From positions 1,755-65,754 of the forward strand of contig JAFGFW010000026.1 in the NCBI GenBank assembly GCA_016930875.1: DNA of 64,000 bases, written 5' to 3'. This document shows positions 1 through 8,197 of this stretch, piece after piece (within the stretch, counting starts at the first letter, position 1; each line of letters begins with the position of its first letter). The translations under genes were made by a program, and so were the position numbers. The notes beneath the pieces were generated by a model. It searched no databases. It was not told where the DNA came from and saw nothing but the letters and a program-made list of their open reading frames with translations. Origin of the DNA: Deltaproteobacteria bacterium. GTDB taxonomy: Bacteria > Desulfobacterota > Desulfobacteria > Desulfobacterales > C00003060.

Positions 1-209
1 GAGGAGGTCCTTGTCCCGCATAAAGACACTAATAACCAATTTAGCAGGTTTTGGTTCGCGGGGAATGCTCATAGCACTTGTAAAGTATCATTGAACATCT
101 GTCATTTGTTGTCTATCTCTCCAAGAGATCCGGTTTTCCATGGTTAGATTGCCAAGTGTACTAACCGGTTAATGAAAAATGCCAAATAATAGATGATAAA
201 TGATAGATG

Positions 210-1514
210 TCATGGTCTCCCTATGCTGGTATACTGGAATCCCTGGGCACGCATCCGCTTCGGTTTGTAGATATTTCGCAAGTCCACAACGATTGGGTGT
301 TTCAAAAGCTGCTTCATTCTGTCCCAGTCGATATTTCGGAACCGATTCCATTCCGTGGCAAGGACCAAGACGTCAGCGCCTTCAGCAGCCTCATACGAAT
401 CTTTCTTGTAATCAATATCGTGAAGGTGTTCTTTTGCGTGGTCCATCCCCGCCGGATCAAAGGCTTGAATCCTTGCCCCTTTCTCCTGCAGGCCTTTGAT
501 TATGGGGATTGTGGGAGACTCTCGCATGTCGTCTGTGTTTGGCTTGAAAGTTAGGCCAAGAATCCCAACCGTTGCACCCTTCAAGTCCCCACCTAAAGCC
601 GAGATAATTCTCTCGATCATTATCCTGGGGCGTTCATCGTTTACCTTGATCACCGCATCAACAATCTTGAATTCATATCCGTGCTGTTTGGCAATCTGAC
701 TTATGGCCCGTGTGTCTTTTGGAAAGCACGAACCTCCAAAACCAGGGCCTGGATGCAGGAACTTGGAGCTAATCCGCCCATCTAGACCCATGCCTTTGGC
801 CACCTTGTGTACATCCGCCCCAACCCTCTCGCATATATTGGCCATTTCATTGATAAACGATATCTTCGTGGCCAGAAAGGCGTTGGAGGCATACTTAATC
901 ATCTCGGCTGTGGCTATGTCGGTGATCACAAACGGAGTTTCAATGAGATAGAGGGGATTGTAAAGGTCCTGAAGGATAGCAATAGCCTGCTCGCTCTCGG
1001 CGCCGATGACAATCCGATTGGGATGCATAAAATCCTCTATGGCAGCTCCTTCCCTCAAGAATTCCGGGTTGGAAACAACGTCAAAGGCACACGGATTGGC
1101 CTGGTTTTCCTTGATGATGCCCTCAATCATCTTCCCGGTACCCACTGGAACCGTGCTTTTTGTCACCACCACCTTATAACCGTTCATGGTCTGCCCGATG
1201 GATCGGGCCACCTCTTCCACATACCTGAGGTCGGCACCCCCATCCTGGCCAGTCGGGGTGCCGACGGCAATCAAAATCACCAATGCATTTCGCACGCTTT
1301 CCTTGATATCAGTGGTAAATGAGAGGCGCCTTTCATTGACATTTTTGTGAATCATTTCCGAAAGACCGGGTTCATAGATCGGGATCTTACCATCGTTCAG
1401 CATGCTGATCTTTGTTACGTCATTGTCCACACAGGTGACCCGCAGCCCAAATTCGGAAAAACAAGCCCCAGTCACGAGCCCAACGTATCCCACGCCAACG
1501 ACACAAATGTTCAT
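210..1514 (-). CDS. ugd: UDP-glucose 6-dehydrogenase
   Basis: 434-aa ORF; N-terminal Rossmann motif VVGVGYVGLVTG, catalytic-Cys motif GFGGSCFPKD, full UDP-glucose/GDP-mannose dehydrogenase length. Confidence 0.9.
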   Translation of the reverse strand: MNICVVGVGYVGLVTGACFSEFGLRVTCVDNDVTKISMLNDGKIPIYEPGLSEMIHKNVNERRLSFTTDIKESVRNALVILIAVGTPTGQDGGADLRYVEEVARSIGQTMNGYKVVVTKSTVPVGTGKMIEGIIKENQANPCAFDVVSNPEFLREGAAIEDFMHPNRIVIGAESEQAIAILQDLYNPLYLIETPFVITDIATAEMIKYASNAFLATKISFINEMANICERVGADVHKVAKGMGLDGRISSKFLHPGPGFGGSCFPKDTRAISQIAKQHGYEFKIVDAVIKVNDERPRIMIERIISALGGDLKGATVGILGLTFKPNTDDMRESPTIPIIKGLQEKGARIQAFDPAGMDHAKEHLHDIDYKKDSYEAAEGADVLVLATEWNRFRNIDWDRMKQLLKHPIVVDLRNIYKPKRMRAQGFQYTSIGRP

Positions 1515-1539
1515 TTATCGTGTCCCATTGAGGTTGTGT

Positions 1540-1694
1540 AACTTCTCAAAAAGTTCGGGTTCTCGTCATTGCCAGCGAAGCGAACAATCTCCTTGGTAGC
1601 ACTGAGATTGCGTCGTCGTCCCGCCACAGGCGGGACTCCTCGCAATGACCCGAAATTACAGTTTCAGGGAATTACCAGGACTTTTTGAGAAGTT
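1540..1694. repeat. 155-bp nested-palindromic intergenic element bounded by perfect 15-bp inverted repeats
   Basis: AACTTCTCAAAAAGT (1540-1554) is the exact reverse complement of ACTTTTTGAGAAGTT (1680-1694); interior has further hairpins (GTCATTGC 1565-1572 / GCAATGAC 1642-1649, CAATCTC/GAGATTG, CCCGCC-aca-GGCGGG). Confidence 0.8.
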
Positions 1695-1785
1695 AGGAGA
1701 TTCTTTCCAAAGTACCGTCCATTATTACAAAAACAGACACCCTAAATCGATTTTCCCGCCCACTTCTATCAAGATACATGGAATG

Positions 1786-2142
1786 TCATATTCCGGAGTA
1801 TGGGGATGGTGGCAGCATACTCCTTACCTTGGGGAATCTCCTCTTGTATCGGTCTCTATACCACTTCCAACGATCCTTAATATCTTGCTCCGCATATTGC
1901 AAGGCATCCCCTAGGTTCTCTATCACAATGGGGTGCTTTTCTTTTTTCCCTCTTTACATCACGTCCCTGTGGAAAAACCCATGTCCGCAATCGTATCTTA
2001 CAATTTCATGCCATTTTCCACCAAGTTTGGCTTCATATTGGGCCATGACGTTGACAACTTTCCCCTTTTGAGTCTCTATCCTTATCCGCAATCTGTCTTC
2101 ACCAATAGGACTTATGATTTTCGTAAACTCTTTGGTTGCCAT
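1786..2142 (-). pseudogene. small ORF interrupted by an in-frame TAA; possibly DUF6516/TumE-like (RYD..HG..H.D motif)
   Basis: 62-aa ORF 1954-2142 ends ...IVRYDCGHGFFHRDVM; after TAA (1954-1956) the same frame stays open for 55 more codons (RGKKEKHPIVIENLGDALQYAEQDIKDRWKWY...) to TGA at 1786-1788; no obvious SD. Confidence 0.4.
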
Positions 2143-2196
2143 GATTAAGAAGTTATCATATTCTCAATAAAAACTAATCTAACATATTGAGGTCAT

Positions 2197-2427
2197 ATGT
2201 CAATTCAAATGAAAGCGCTCCGCGATTTTATCTGCCGTGACGCTGAAACTTGCAGTGGCATTTTTTCTGTGGTAATTTCAACCTCAATTGAGCGGTTTCG
2301 CTCAGTTGAGGTTACAGAATATGTTCTTGATAGCCATGATGAAGAATACAACAAAGAACTTAGGATAGAGCTTTGTTTTGAGGACGCAGGGATCTACTTA
2401 AAACTCCTTGATATATTTGAACAATAA
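2197..2427 (+). CDS. hypothetical 76-aa protein, first ORF of the + strand glycosyltransferase operon
   Basis: ATG preceded by GAGG 4 nt upstream; stop 8 nt before the next gene; no recognisable domain. Confidence 0.35.
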   Translation: MSIQMKALRDFICRDAETCSGIFSVVISTSIERFRSVEVTEYVLDSHDEEYNKELRIELCFEDAGIYLKLLDIFEQ

Positions 2428-2435
2428 GGGCACTC

Positions 2436-3191
2436 ATGTCCCTTTCCGTATGTGTCATATGCTTCAACGAAGAGCAGAATATCAGGCGATGCCTTGAGAG
2501 TGCGTCGTGGGCCGATGAAATTGTAGTTGTGGACTCCATGAGTGAGGACAAGACAGTCGAGATTGCCAAAGAATACACGGATTCAGTATTTCAAAGGCCT
2601 TGGACTGGGTATGAAAATCAGAAGAACTTTGCCCTTTCAAAGGCACGGGGTGACTGGATATTCAGTGTGGATGCTGATGAGGAAGTAACAGAGGCTCTCC
2701 GCAATGAGATCAAGGCCGAGATCAGAAAGACAAATGCCAAAGATGGATATCGAATCCCTCGTCGCTCTTTTTATCAGGGAAGATGGATAAACCACAGCGG
2801 TTTTTATCCGGATAGACAGCTTCGCCTGTTTAAGTGTGAGCGAGGCCGCTGGACTGGGGGGCGGGTCCATGAACGCGTTGAGATCAACGGGAGTATTGGA
2901 GACTTAGAAAACGACCTCTTGCACTATCCTTATAAAGGCATCATCTCCGGGCAACTCCAAACAGTGAACAATTTTTCCACCCTTATGGCAGAAGATATGC
3001 AAGAGAAAGGCAAACGCTATCACGTCTCCTTACTTTTGCTGCGTCCTTTGTTCAAATTTGTGGAGGTCTATCTACTCAAAAGGGGTTTCTTGGATGGCCT
3101 TGCCGGATTCATTATAGCTACATCTTCTGCTTATGCTATGTTTATTCGCTACGTCAAACTCAGGGAAATTGAGAATCATCTTGGTCAGTAG
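2436..3191 (+). CDS. glycosyltransferase family 2 (WaaE/KdtX-like LPS core transferase)
   Basis: 251 aa; SVCVICFNEEQNI, VVVDSMSEDKT and DxD-type FSVDADEE motifs typical of small GT2 core transferases. Confidence 0.8.
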   Translation: MSLSVCVICFNEEQNIRRCLESASWADEIVVVDSMSEDKTVEIAKEYTDSVFQRPWTGYENQKNFALSKARGDWIFSVDADEEVTEALRNEIKAEIRKTNAKDGYRIPRRSFYQGRWINHSGFYPDRQLRLFKCERGRWTGGRVHERVEINGSIGDLENDLLHYPYKGIISGQLQTVNNFSTLMAEDMQEKGKRYHVSLLLLRPLFKFVEVYLLKRGFLDGLAGFIIATSSAYAMFIRYVKLREIENHLGQ

Positions 3192-3257
3192 AAGTGTCCA
3201 TATTAAGTCAGAAATGACTGCCGACTAAAAGTACGTTGTAAGATCCGTCGTTTCAAT

Positions 3258-4436
3258 ATGAAAATAGCAGTAGCAATTCCCAAATATGGTCTGGTGGGAG
3301 GTGCTGAAAACTTCGCCTTTGAGCTTTGCGAGCGCCTGGCCACCCACAACGGGTTTGAAATACATGTCTTTGCCAACAAGTGGCGAAAAGGCAATGCGCC
3401 AATTGTGTTCCATAAGATACCAATCATCCGTTTTCCGCGCTTTTTGCAGCCAATCAGCTTCGCGTATTTTGTACGAAACGAGGCAAAAAGGGGCAGATTC
3501 GATCTGTTGCACAGCCATGACCGAATCTTTGGAATGAACCTTTTTACCATGCACGGAATTCCCCACAAGACGTGGATAAAAGAAGTCAGGCAAAAGCGCC
3601 TGAGTCTTTTTGACAGAGCTACAGCCTGGGTGGAAAAAAAGGGGATTACAGGGCCACCTGAGCCCATGGTGCTGCCGGTTTCAACACTCGTCAAAGATGA
3701 ACTTCTTAAGCGCTATGACATTGCTGAATCGAGGATTCACGTGATGCATCCAGGCGTGTCAATCGATCGCTTTGCCCAATTGGACCGAGGAATGTGCCGG
3801 CGAGAGGTACGCCAACGTCACCGTTTGGCCCAAGACGACATGGTCCTCCTTTTCGTGGGAATGAATTTCGAAGTCAAAAGGCTGGAACTTGTTCTACAGG
3901 GCATGGCCCGTCTCGTTAAAGACAACTCGAATTCTCACCTGAAACTTCTCATTGTGGGAAAGGGCGATGAAAAGCGTTATATACGTTCGGCCCGGAACCT
4001 AGGAATTTCTGAACGGGTTGTCTTTGCCGGGTTGGTGAGGAAGACTGAGGAATACTATCTGGCGGCCGACATCTTTGTCATGCCCTCGGCATATGACACT
4101 TTTGGCATTGCTGTCCTTGAGGCGATGATGGCTGGGCTCCCAGTCATCATCACCAAAAAAGTCGGAGCCAAAGATCTCCTTCAAAACAGTGTCCAAGGTT
4201 TCGTTCTTTCTGAAAACCCCTCAGAATATGAGATGGTCGAGGCTTTAGCATCGATGATAGACTCACAACGTCACATACAAATCGGACAGATGGCCAAAAA
4301 AACAGCACTTGAAAATTCGTGGGACAAACTCGCCCGCCGTATTGTCGATCTGTACTCCACAACAGAACAACACAAAGGACCTGACTTGGCGTGTATGATC
4401 GCCCCTCTCACGAACAAGTCCCAAAGTGTCAACTAG
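3258..4436 (+). CDS. glycosyltransferase family 4 (GT-B, Glycos_transf_1)
   Basis: 392 aa; N-terminal GGAENF donor-loop region and C-terminal MPSAYDTFGIAVLEAMMAGLPVI (E-x7-E) motif. Confidence 0.8.
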   Translation: MKIAVAIPKYGLVGGAENFAFELCERLATHNGFEIHVFANKWRKGNAPIVFHKIPIIRFPRFLQPISFAYFVRNEAKRGRFDLLHSHDRIFGMNLFTMHGIPHKTWIKEVRQKRLSLFDRATAWVEKKGITGPPEPMVLPVSTLVKDELLKRYDIAESRIHVMHPGVSIDRFAQLDRGMCRREVRQRHRLAQDDMVLLFVGMNFEVKRLELVLQGMARLVKDNSNSHLKLLIVGKGDEKRYIRSARNLGISERVVFAGLVRKTEEYYLAADIFVMPSAYDTFGIAVLEAMMAGLPVIITKKVGAKDLLQNSVQGFVLSENPSEYEMVEALASMIDSQRHIQIGQMAKKTALENSWDKLARRIVDLYSTTEQHKGPDLACMIAPLTNKSQSVN

Positions 4437-4444
4437 GATGCATT

Positions 4445-5746
4445 ATGCAAAATCAACCCTATACCCCTGTCAAAAAGAGTCTGGCTGAATGGAAAGCAGA
4501 TTTTGAAATCTTCGCTTTTCTGAAAAAGAGCATCCCGGTGCTCATGGGGACCTTCATTTTTCTGAATCCTTTTCCCCATATCACGGCAATGAAAGAAATA
4601 TGCTTCTATCTTTCAGTCCTATTTTGCCTAGCGTTGATTGTAACAAAAAAGATTGAATTCTCTTTTAGGACGCCCTTGTCCCTTCCTTTTCTAATTTTCA
4701 CCTGTTGGGTGACCCTTACCACGTTTTTTGCTATTGATAAACAGAACAGCATTCACGATCTCTATTCTCACCTAATCAAATACATCATTTTTTTTTATGT
4801 CATGGTCAATTTCTTTGCGTCAAAAAGACGTCTCGACACTGTTTCGTGGACTATTATCATATCTACGTCCGTTTTCTCTCTTGGAAGTCTAATTTATGAA
4901 TATGCCGTGTTGGGCAATTCCATAAATCTCCGTTTTGGATTGAGTTTGGTCCAGACTCCGACCAATCTTATTGGTGTCGTTACCTTGTTTGGAATCATCC
5001 TGTGTTTGCATGGACTCCTCACCAAAACAGGCTTTACTAATAAGGTTGTCCTCGCTTTGTGCCTCGTGCCGTTATCTGCCGTTACTATGCTAACCCGAAC
5101 CCGCAGCAATATTATTGCATTAGGCGCTACGCTAATACTAATATTTCCTTTCAACAAAAAAGCGGCATTTGCCGTTGTCGGATGTACTTTGCTTTTAACT
5201 TCAATATCGCATGCCCCATCCCGTTGGCAACTGAATCATCTTTTGAACAATGAACGGCTGGGAATGTGCCGCATTGCCTATCAAGTAATTAAGGATTATC
5301 CAGTTACGGGGATAGGCTTCGGGATGCACACCTATGGCAACAAGCTTGACTTAGCTGACTACAAAGCAAGAGTATCCAATTGGCAAAAAAGTCTTTACAT
5401 TATGAAATATCCTCACAACATGTTTGTAAGCGTGGCCGTCCGGACAGGCATCCCTGGCTTTCTTCTCTTTCTTGCCATTATCGGCGTGTCCGTTAAAATG
5501 TGCTTTGAGGTGATAGGGAAGGCGCAAGTTCATGCTGTGAGGGGATGGGGCTATTGTTCTCTTTCGCTCCTTGTCATGTTTCTAACCAAGGGGCTTTTTG
5601 AACCCGTGTTAACCCATTTGACTGAAGTTGTATTCTTCACAATACTATCCATGATAGCTGTCCTGTGGCGTATACATAAAAAACATAACGCTGGTTTTGT
5701 ATTGGCAACTTCCATGAAGGGAGGAGATTTGTCGCCTTCTCACTAA
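4445..5746 (+). CDS. O-antigen ligase / polymerase family membrane protein (Wzy_C-like)
   Basis: polytopic membrane ORF; loop motif KYPHNMFVSVAVRTGIPGFLLF resembles the Wzy_C/WaaL signature; start moved to ATG 4445 (MQNQPY) because the track start 4391 overlaps the upstream gene. Confidence 0.7.
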   Translation: MQNQPYTPVKKSLAEWKADFEIFAFLKKSIPVLMGTFIFLNPFPHITAMKEICFYLSVLFCLALIVTKKIEFSFRTPLSLPFLIFTCWVTLTTFFAIDKQNSIHDLYSHLIKYIIFFYVMVNFFASKRRLDTVSWTIIISTSVFSLGSLIYEYAVLGNSINLRFGLSLVQTPTNLIGVVTLFGIILCLHGLLTKTGFTNKVVLALCLVPLSAVTMLTRTRSNIIALGATLILIFPFNKKAAFAVVGCTLLLTSISHAPSRWQLNHLLNNERLGMCRIAYQVIKDYPVTGIGFGMHTYGNKLDLADYKARVSNWQKSLYIMKYPHNMFVSVAVRTGIPGFLLFLAIIGVSVKMCFEVIGKAQVHAVRGWGYCSLSLLVMFLTKGLFEPVLTHLTEVVFFTILSMIAVLWRIHKKHNAGFVLATSMKGGDLSPSH

Positions 5747-5842
5747 GCACCACGACGAATAGGCACATTGTCTGTCTGGAACAGGCATACCCCCTTTCCG
5801 CTCCCGTCAACTGTTTCCATGGAGTAGAATAAAGCATTCATG

Positions 5843-5983
5843 TCACAAAAAGGTTGAAAAGTTGTTGAGCCTTTTCAGATCGTGATCCACCATTTCTCTC
5901 ACAAGATCTTCAAAACTCACCGAGGGTTGCCACCCCAGTTTCCTCTTTGCTTTTGATGATAACGTATAAGAAGTTTCGCACAA
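5843..5983 (-). pseudogene. gmd: C-terminal relic of GDP-mannose 4,6-dehydratase
   Basis: 46-codon open segment LCETSYTLSSKAKRKLGWQPSVSFEDLVREMVDHDLKRLNNFSTFL* matches the conserved Gmd C-terminus (D.SKAK..LGW.P...F..LV..MV..DL); an in-frame TAA lies immediately upstream and the ~300 N-terminal codons are absent. Confidence 0.6.
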
Positions 5984-6122
5984 TTAGATAGAGGCGGTGG
6001 CCTCGATATAATTTAGTTGATGATCGCCAAACTGTTATTAGTGCCTTCTTCATATCGTGCTGAAATACTGTCTATCCTCTCCCATCTTATTAATAATGGC
6101 CTTTTGAATCCAAACAACTCGC

Positions 6123-6830
6123 CTAAAGATAATTTTCCTGTGATGTTAGTAACGGCCACTGTTGTAAACGTGAAATAGTAAAAAAGTCCTCCAAACATCT
6201 CCTAATACGCTTCGGTATCTGTTCCAATCTCGTGGGCGATCTTAATCTCTCGCATCCTTTTGCCAATTCAGTTTCTTCCAAATCCCACCAAGATGCCAAA
6301 CGCCCTATGTGACTCCATGGATCTAACAGAAACTCTTCAAAAGCAAGTTTCCTGTAGATGTCACTTCGCAACTGCGATAACTGAGAGTTTAAGAAAATTA
6401 AATTATCTTCTACGATCTTACACTGCTCATAGGGATGTTTTGTGAATCCTCGTCTGATCCCGCTGAACGTTGCCGAAATCGGATTCCTATAAGGCACCAA
6501 CAACCTGATCTCCATGTAGTCAATGAGAATATCGGCAAGTTCAACAAGATCGAAACGACGAAGTGAATTTCGCGGTTGATCAAAGGGAAAAGAGGCGCTA
6601 TCAAATAAATGAGTATATCCTTGTTTCAAATACTTACTCAAGGATTTTTCTATTTTTTTTCGTCCCTTCAGCCGATCTCTCAGAGAGGCATCCGGCTTCC
6701 AAAAATCCGTCATCTTTTCATGCCAGTCGCCTTCATCCACAAACCAAGCCTCCCCAAAGAAGCGACTCAAAACACTTCTAATCATGGAATGGCCACAGCC
6801 TTCAACTCCTACCAAAAACAAGAATTTCAT
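6123..6830 (-). CDS. sulfotransferase-like protein (tentative)
   Basis: 235 aa; N-terminal P-loop-like GVEGCGHSM in the 5'-phosphosulfate-binding position and YRNPISATFS resembling the 3'-phosphate-binding R.P.....S motif of sulfotransferases; assignment by motif only. Confidence 0.45.
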   Translation of the reverse strand: MKFLFLVGVEGCGHSMIRSVLSRFFGEAWFVDEGDWHEKMTDFWKPDASLRDRLKGRKKIEKSLSKYLKQGYTHLFDSASFPFDQPRNSLRRFDLVELADILIDYMEIRLLVPYRNPISATFSGIRRGFTKHPYEQCKIVEDNLIFLNSQLSQLRSDIYRKLAFEEFLLDPWSHIGRLASWWDLEETELAKGCERLRSPTRLEQIPKRIRRCLEDFFTISRLQQWPLLTSQENYL

Positions 6831-7114
6831 GTTTTTCCCATAACCACAGATGCCTATACAAGAAACGTCATGCGGAATTCCGCTAATCCTTCGGCAGCCT
6901 TATCTCCGCCTGACCTTGATACAAATCCTCAAAAATGCTGGTCTATCTCTTCCCGAGCTAGCAGATCGGTCCTTTTGCTGCCCTCTTCCTGTGTCATGAA
7001 CCGTTTTTGTGTCAACCGAGGCTCCGATTTTGGCCTGGCGACCTGAGCCCCTCTCCTGTGCCCAGTTGTATGCCGCTGGCCGTGAACTTTAGTTTCCTTG
7101 TCAATGGGCACCTA

Positions 7115-7993
7115 TCAAGAAGTATACCCCAGGAAAACTTCGCCTGACGTTCCGGACGAAAACCTCCTTGACAAGTGCCCCCACAAACCTTTCCGTTTAG
7201 CATTACTACAATATCTGCACAGGATATCCAACGAATCGTCGATCAGGCCTCTTTTCACCTTCAAATATTCAACACCATTGAATATTGAGAGGTATTTCTC
7301 CGATACTAGATTTCCTACAATGTGCTGTAATCCATAATCCATACAACAAAGAGCAACATCGCCGTTCGGGAGCAATACATTGTGATTCAGGTCATCTGTA
7401 CAACTCACACACCGAATCTTTCCTTTCATTTTTTTCCCGCGCCTAAGGCCGGGCAGGCCCGTCACATTGCCGGCTCTGTCGATAACCGGATCTTCTCTCA
7501 CCACTATGTCGAAGGTGTTTGCTAAATTTTCATGCAGATTGCCGATCGTCATGAAGCTCAGGTTCACAATGTCGCTTTCAAGTAGCTTGCCAATCGTTTC
7601 TAAATATCTCACATCTACGCTCATGTTCGTTAGGTTGTCATTGTCAGGTAAATGCACCACAAATCTCTTAAAACCAATGTGTTTTATCTGGTCTATATCT
7701 TGAAAAGTCAGCCAAGCTGCTGTTGTGAAGACACCTACATCAAAACCCTGGTCGTAGGCATGTGTTAGCATTTCAGTGCAATGCGGATTCATCCAAGGCT
7801 CACAGAAACCCGAAAAATCAATACAGATTTCTTTCGGGATTTTTTTTAAACACGTCCCAAACGTCTCAAAACTCATCCTGGTAACGTCACTTCTTTTTTT
7901 GTAACTTCTTATCAATGTCTTTTGCGGACAATAGGTGCACATATTCTTGCAGCCCACCATAGTCGTTATTTCCATAGTTCCTACAATACGCAT
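7115..7993 (-). CDS. radical SAM protein with C-terminal auxiliary Fe-S (twitch/SPASM-like) Cys cluster
   Basis: 292 aa; CxxxCxxC at residues 15-22 (GCKNMCTYCPQ), FCEPWM strand, C-terminal CVSC-x17-CC...CRYC; alternative start at Met7 (7973) has AGGA upstream. Confidence 0.8.
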   Translation of the reverse strand: MRIVGTMEITTMVGCKNMCTYCPQKTLIRSYKKRSDVTRMSFETFGTCLKKIPKEICIDFSGFCEPWMNPHCTEMLTHAYDQGFDVGVFTTAAWLTFQDIDQIKHIGFKRFVVHLPDNDNLTNMSVDVRYLETIGKLLESDIVNLSFMTIGNLHENLANTFDIVVREDPVIDRAGNVTGLPGLRRGKKMKGKIRCVSCTDDLNHNVLLPNGDVALCCMDYGLQHIVGNLVSEKYLSIFNGVEYLKVKRGLIDDSLDILCRYCSNAKRKGLWGHLSRRFSSGTSGEVFLGYTS

Positions 7994-8014
7994 AGCTAGT
8001 TCACATCAACTGCC

Positions 8015-8197
8015 TTAGGATTTTCCACTGCACCGCAAACTACACAAACACTTCTTTTCCTGCTTCACCAAAAAGCCCTCTTTAGAATATTGCCGGCTCA
8101 AATACCTGATCGATCCGTTGCAGATACGATGATCATCCAAGCCTAAGTGATGAAGCATATTAAGTTCTTTTGGTGTCACTCGTGGCAGCCTCGCCAA
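8015..8197 (-). CDS. hypothetical 60-aa Cys-containing peptide upstream of the radical SAM gene
   Basis: GGAGG (8206-8210, minus strand) 8 nt before in-frame TTG at 8197; MARLPRVTPKELNMLHHLGLDDHRICNGSIRYLSRQYSKEGFLVKQEKKCLCSLRCSGKS; stop 21 nt before the rSAM ATG. Confidence 0.35.
   Translation of the reverse strand: MARLPRVTPKELNMLHHLGLDDHRICNGSIRYLSRQYSKEGFLVKQEKKCLCSLRCSGKS

Noticed and set aside
1-72. A possible 5' end of a minus-strand gene (MSIPREPKPAKLVISVFMRDKDLL...) running off the window.
   Set aside because: Only 24 codons are visible, with no SD and no recognisable motif. That is too little evidence to call a CDS.
807-1322. Long antisense ORFs in the track. Examples are 807-1322, 12983-13510, 18908-19441, 19558-20119, 26954-27595, 31876-32490, 43573-44094 and 55321-55968.
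   Set aside because: Each lies wholly opposite a gene with strong family motifs. They have Arg/Ser/Pro-rich low-complexity translations and lack SD sequences, so they are shadow ORFs.
6013-6198. A 61-aa ORF overlapping the 3' end of the sulfotransferase-like gene.
   Set aside because: It has no SD and no convincing similarity to the missing part of Gmd. I treat it as frame-broken debris of the gmd relic region.
6929-7111. A 60-aa ORF in the same frame as the radical-SAM gene, just after its stop.
   Set aside because: It is separated from the rSAM ORF by two consecutive stops (TGA TAG), so read-through is implausible. It has a GTG start without an SD and a basic low-complexity sequence. It may be a relic of an older 3' end.
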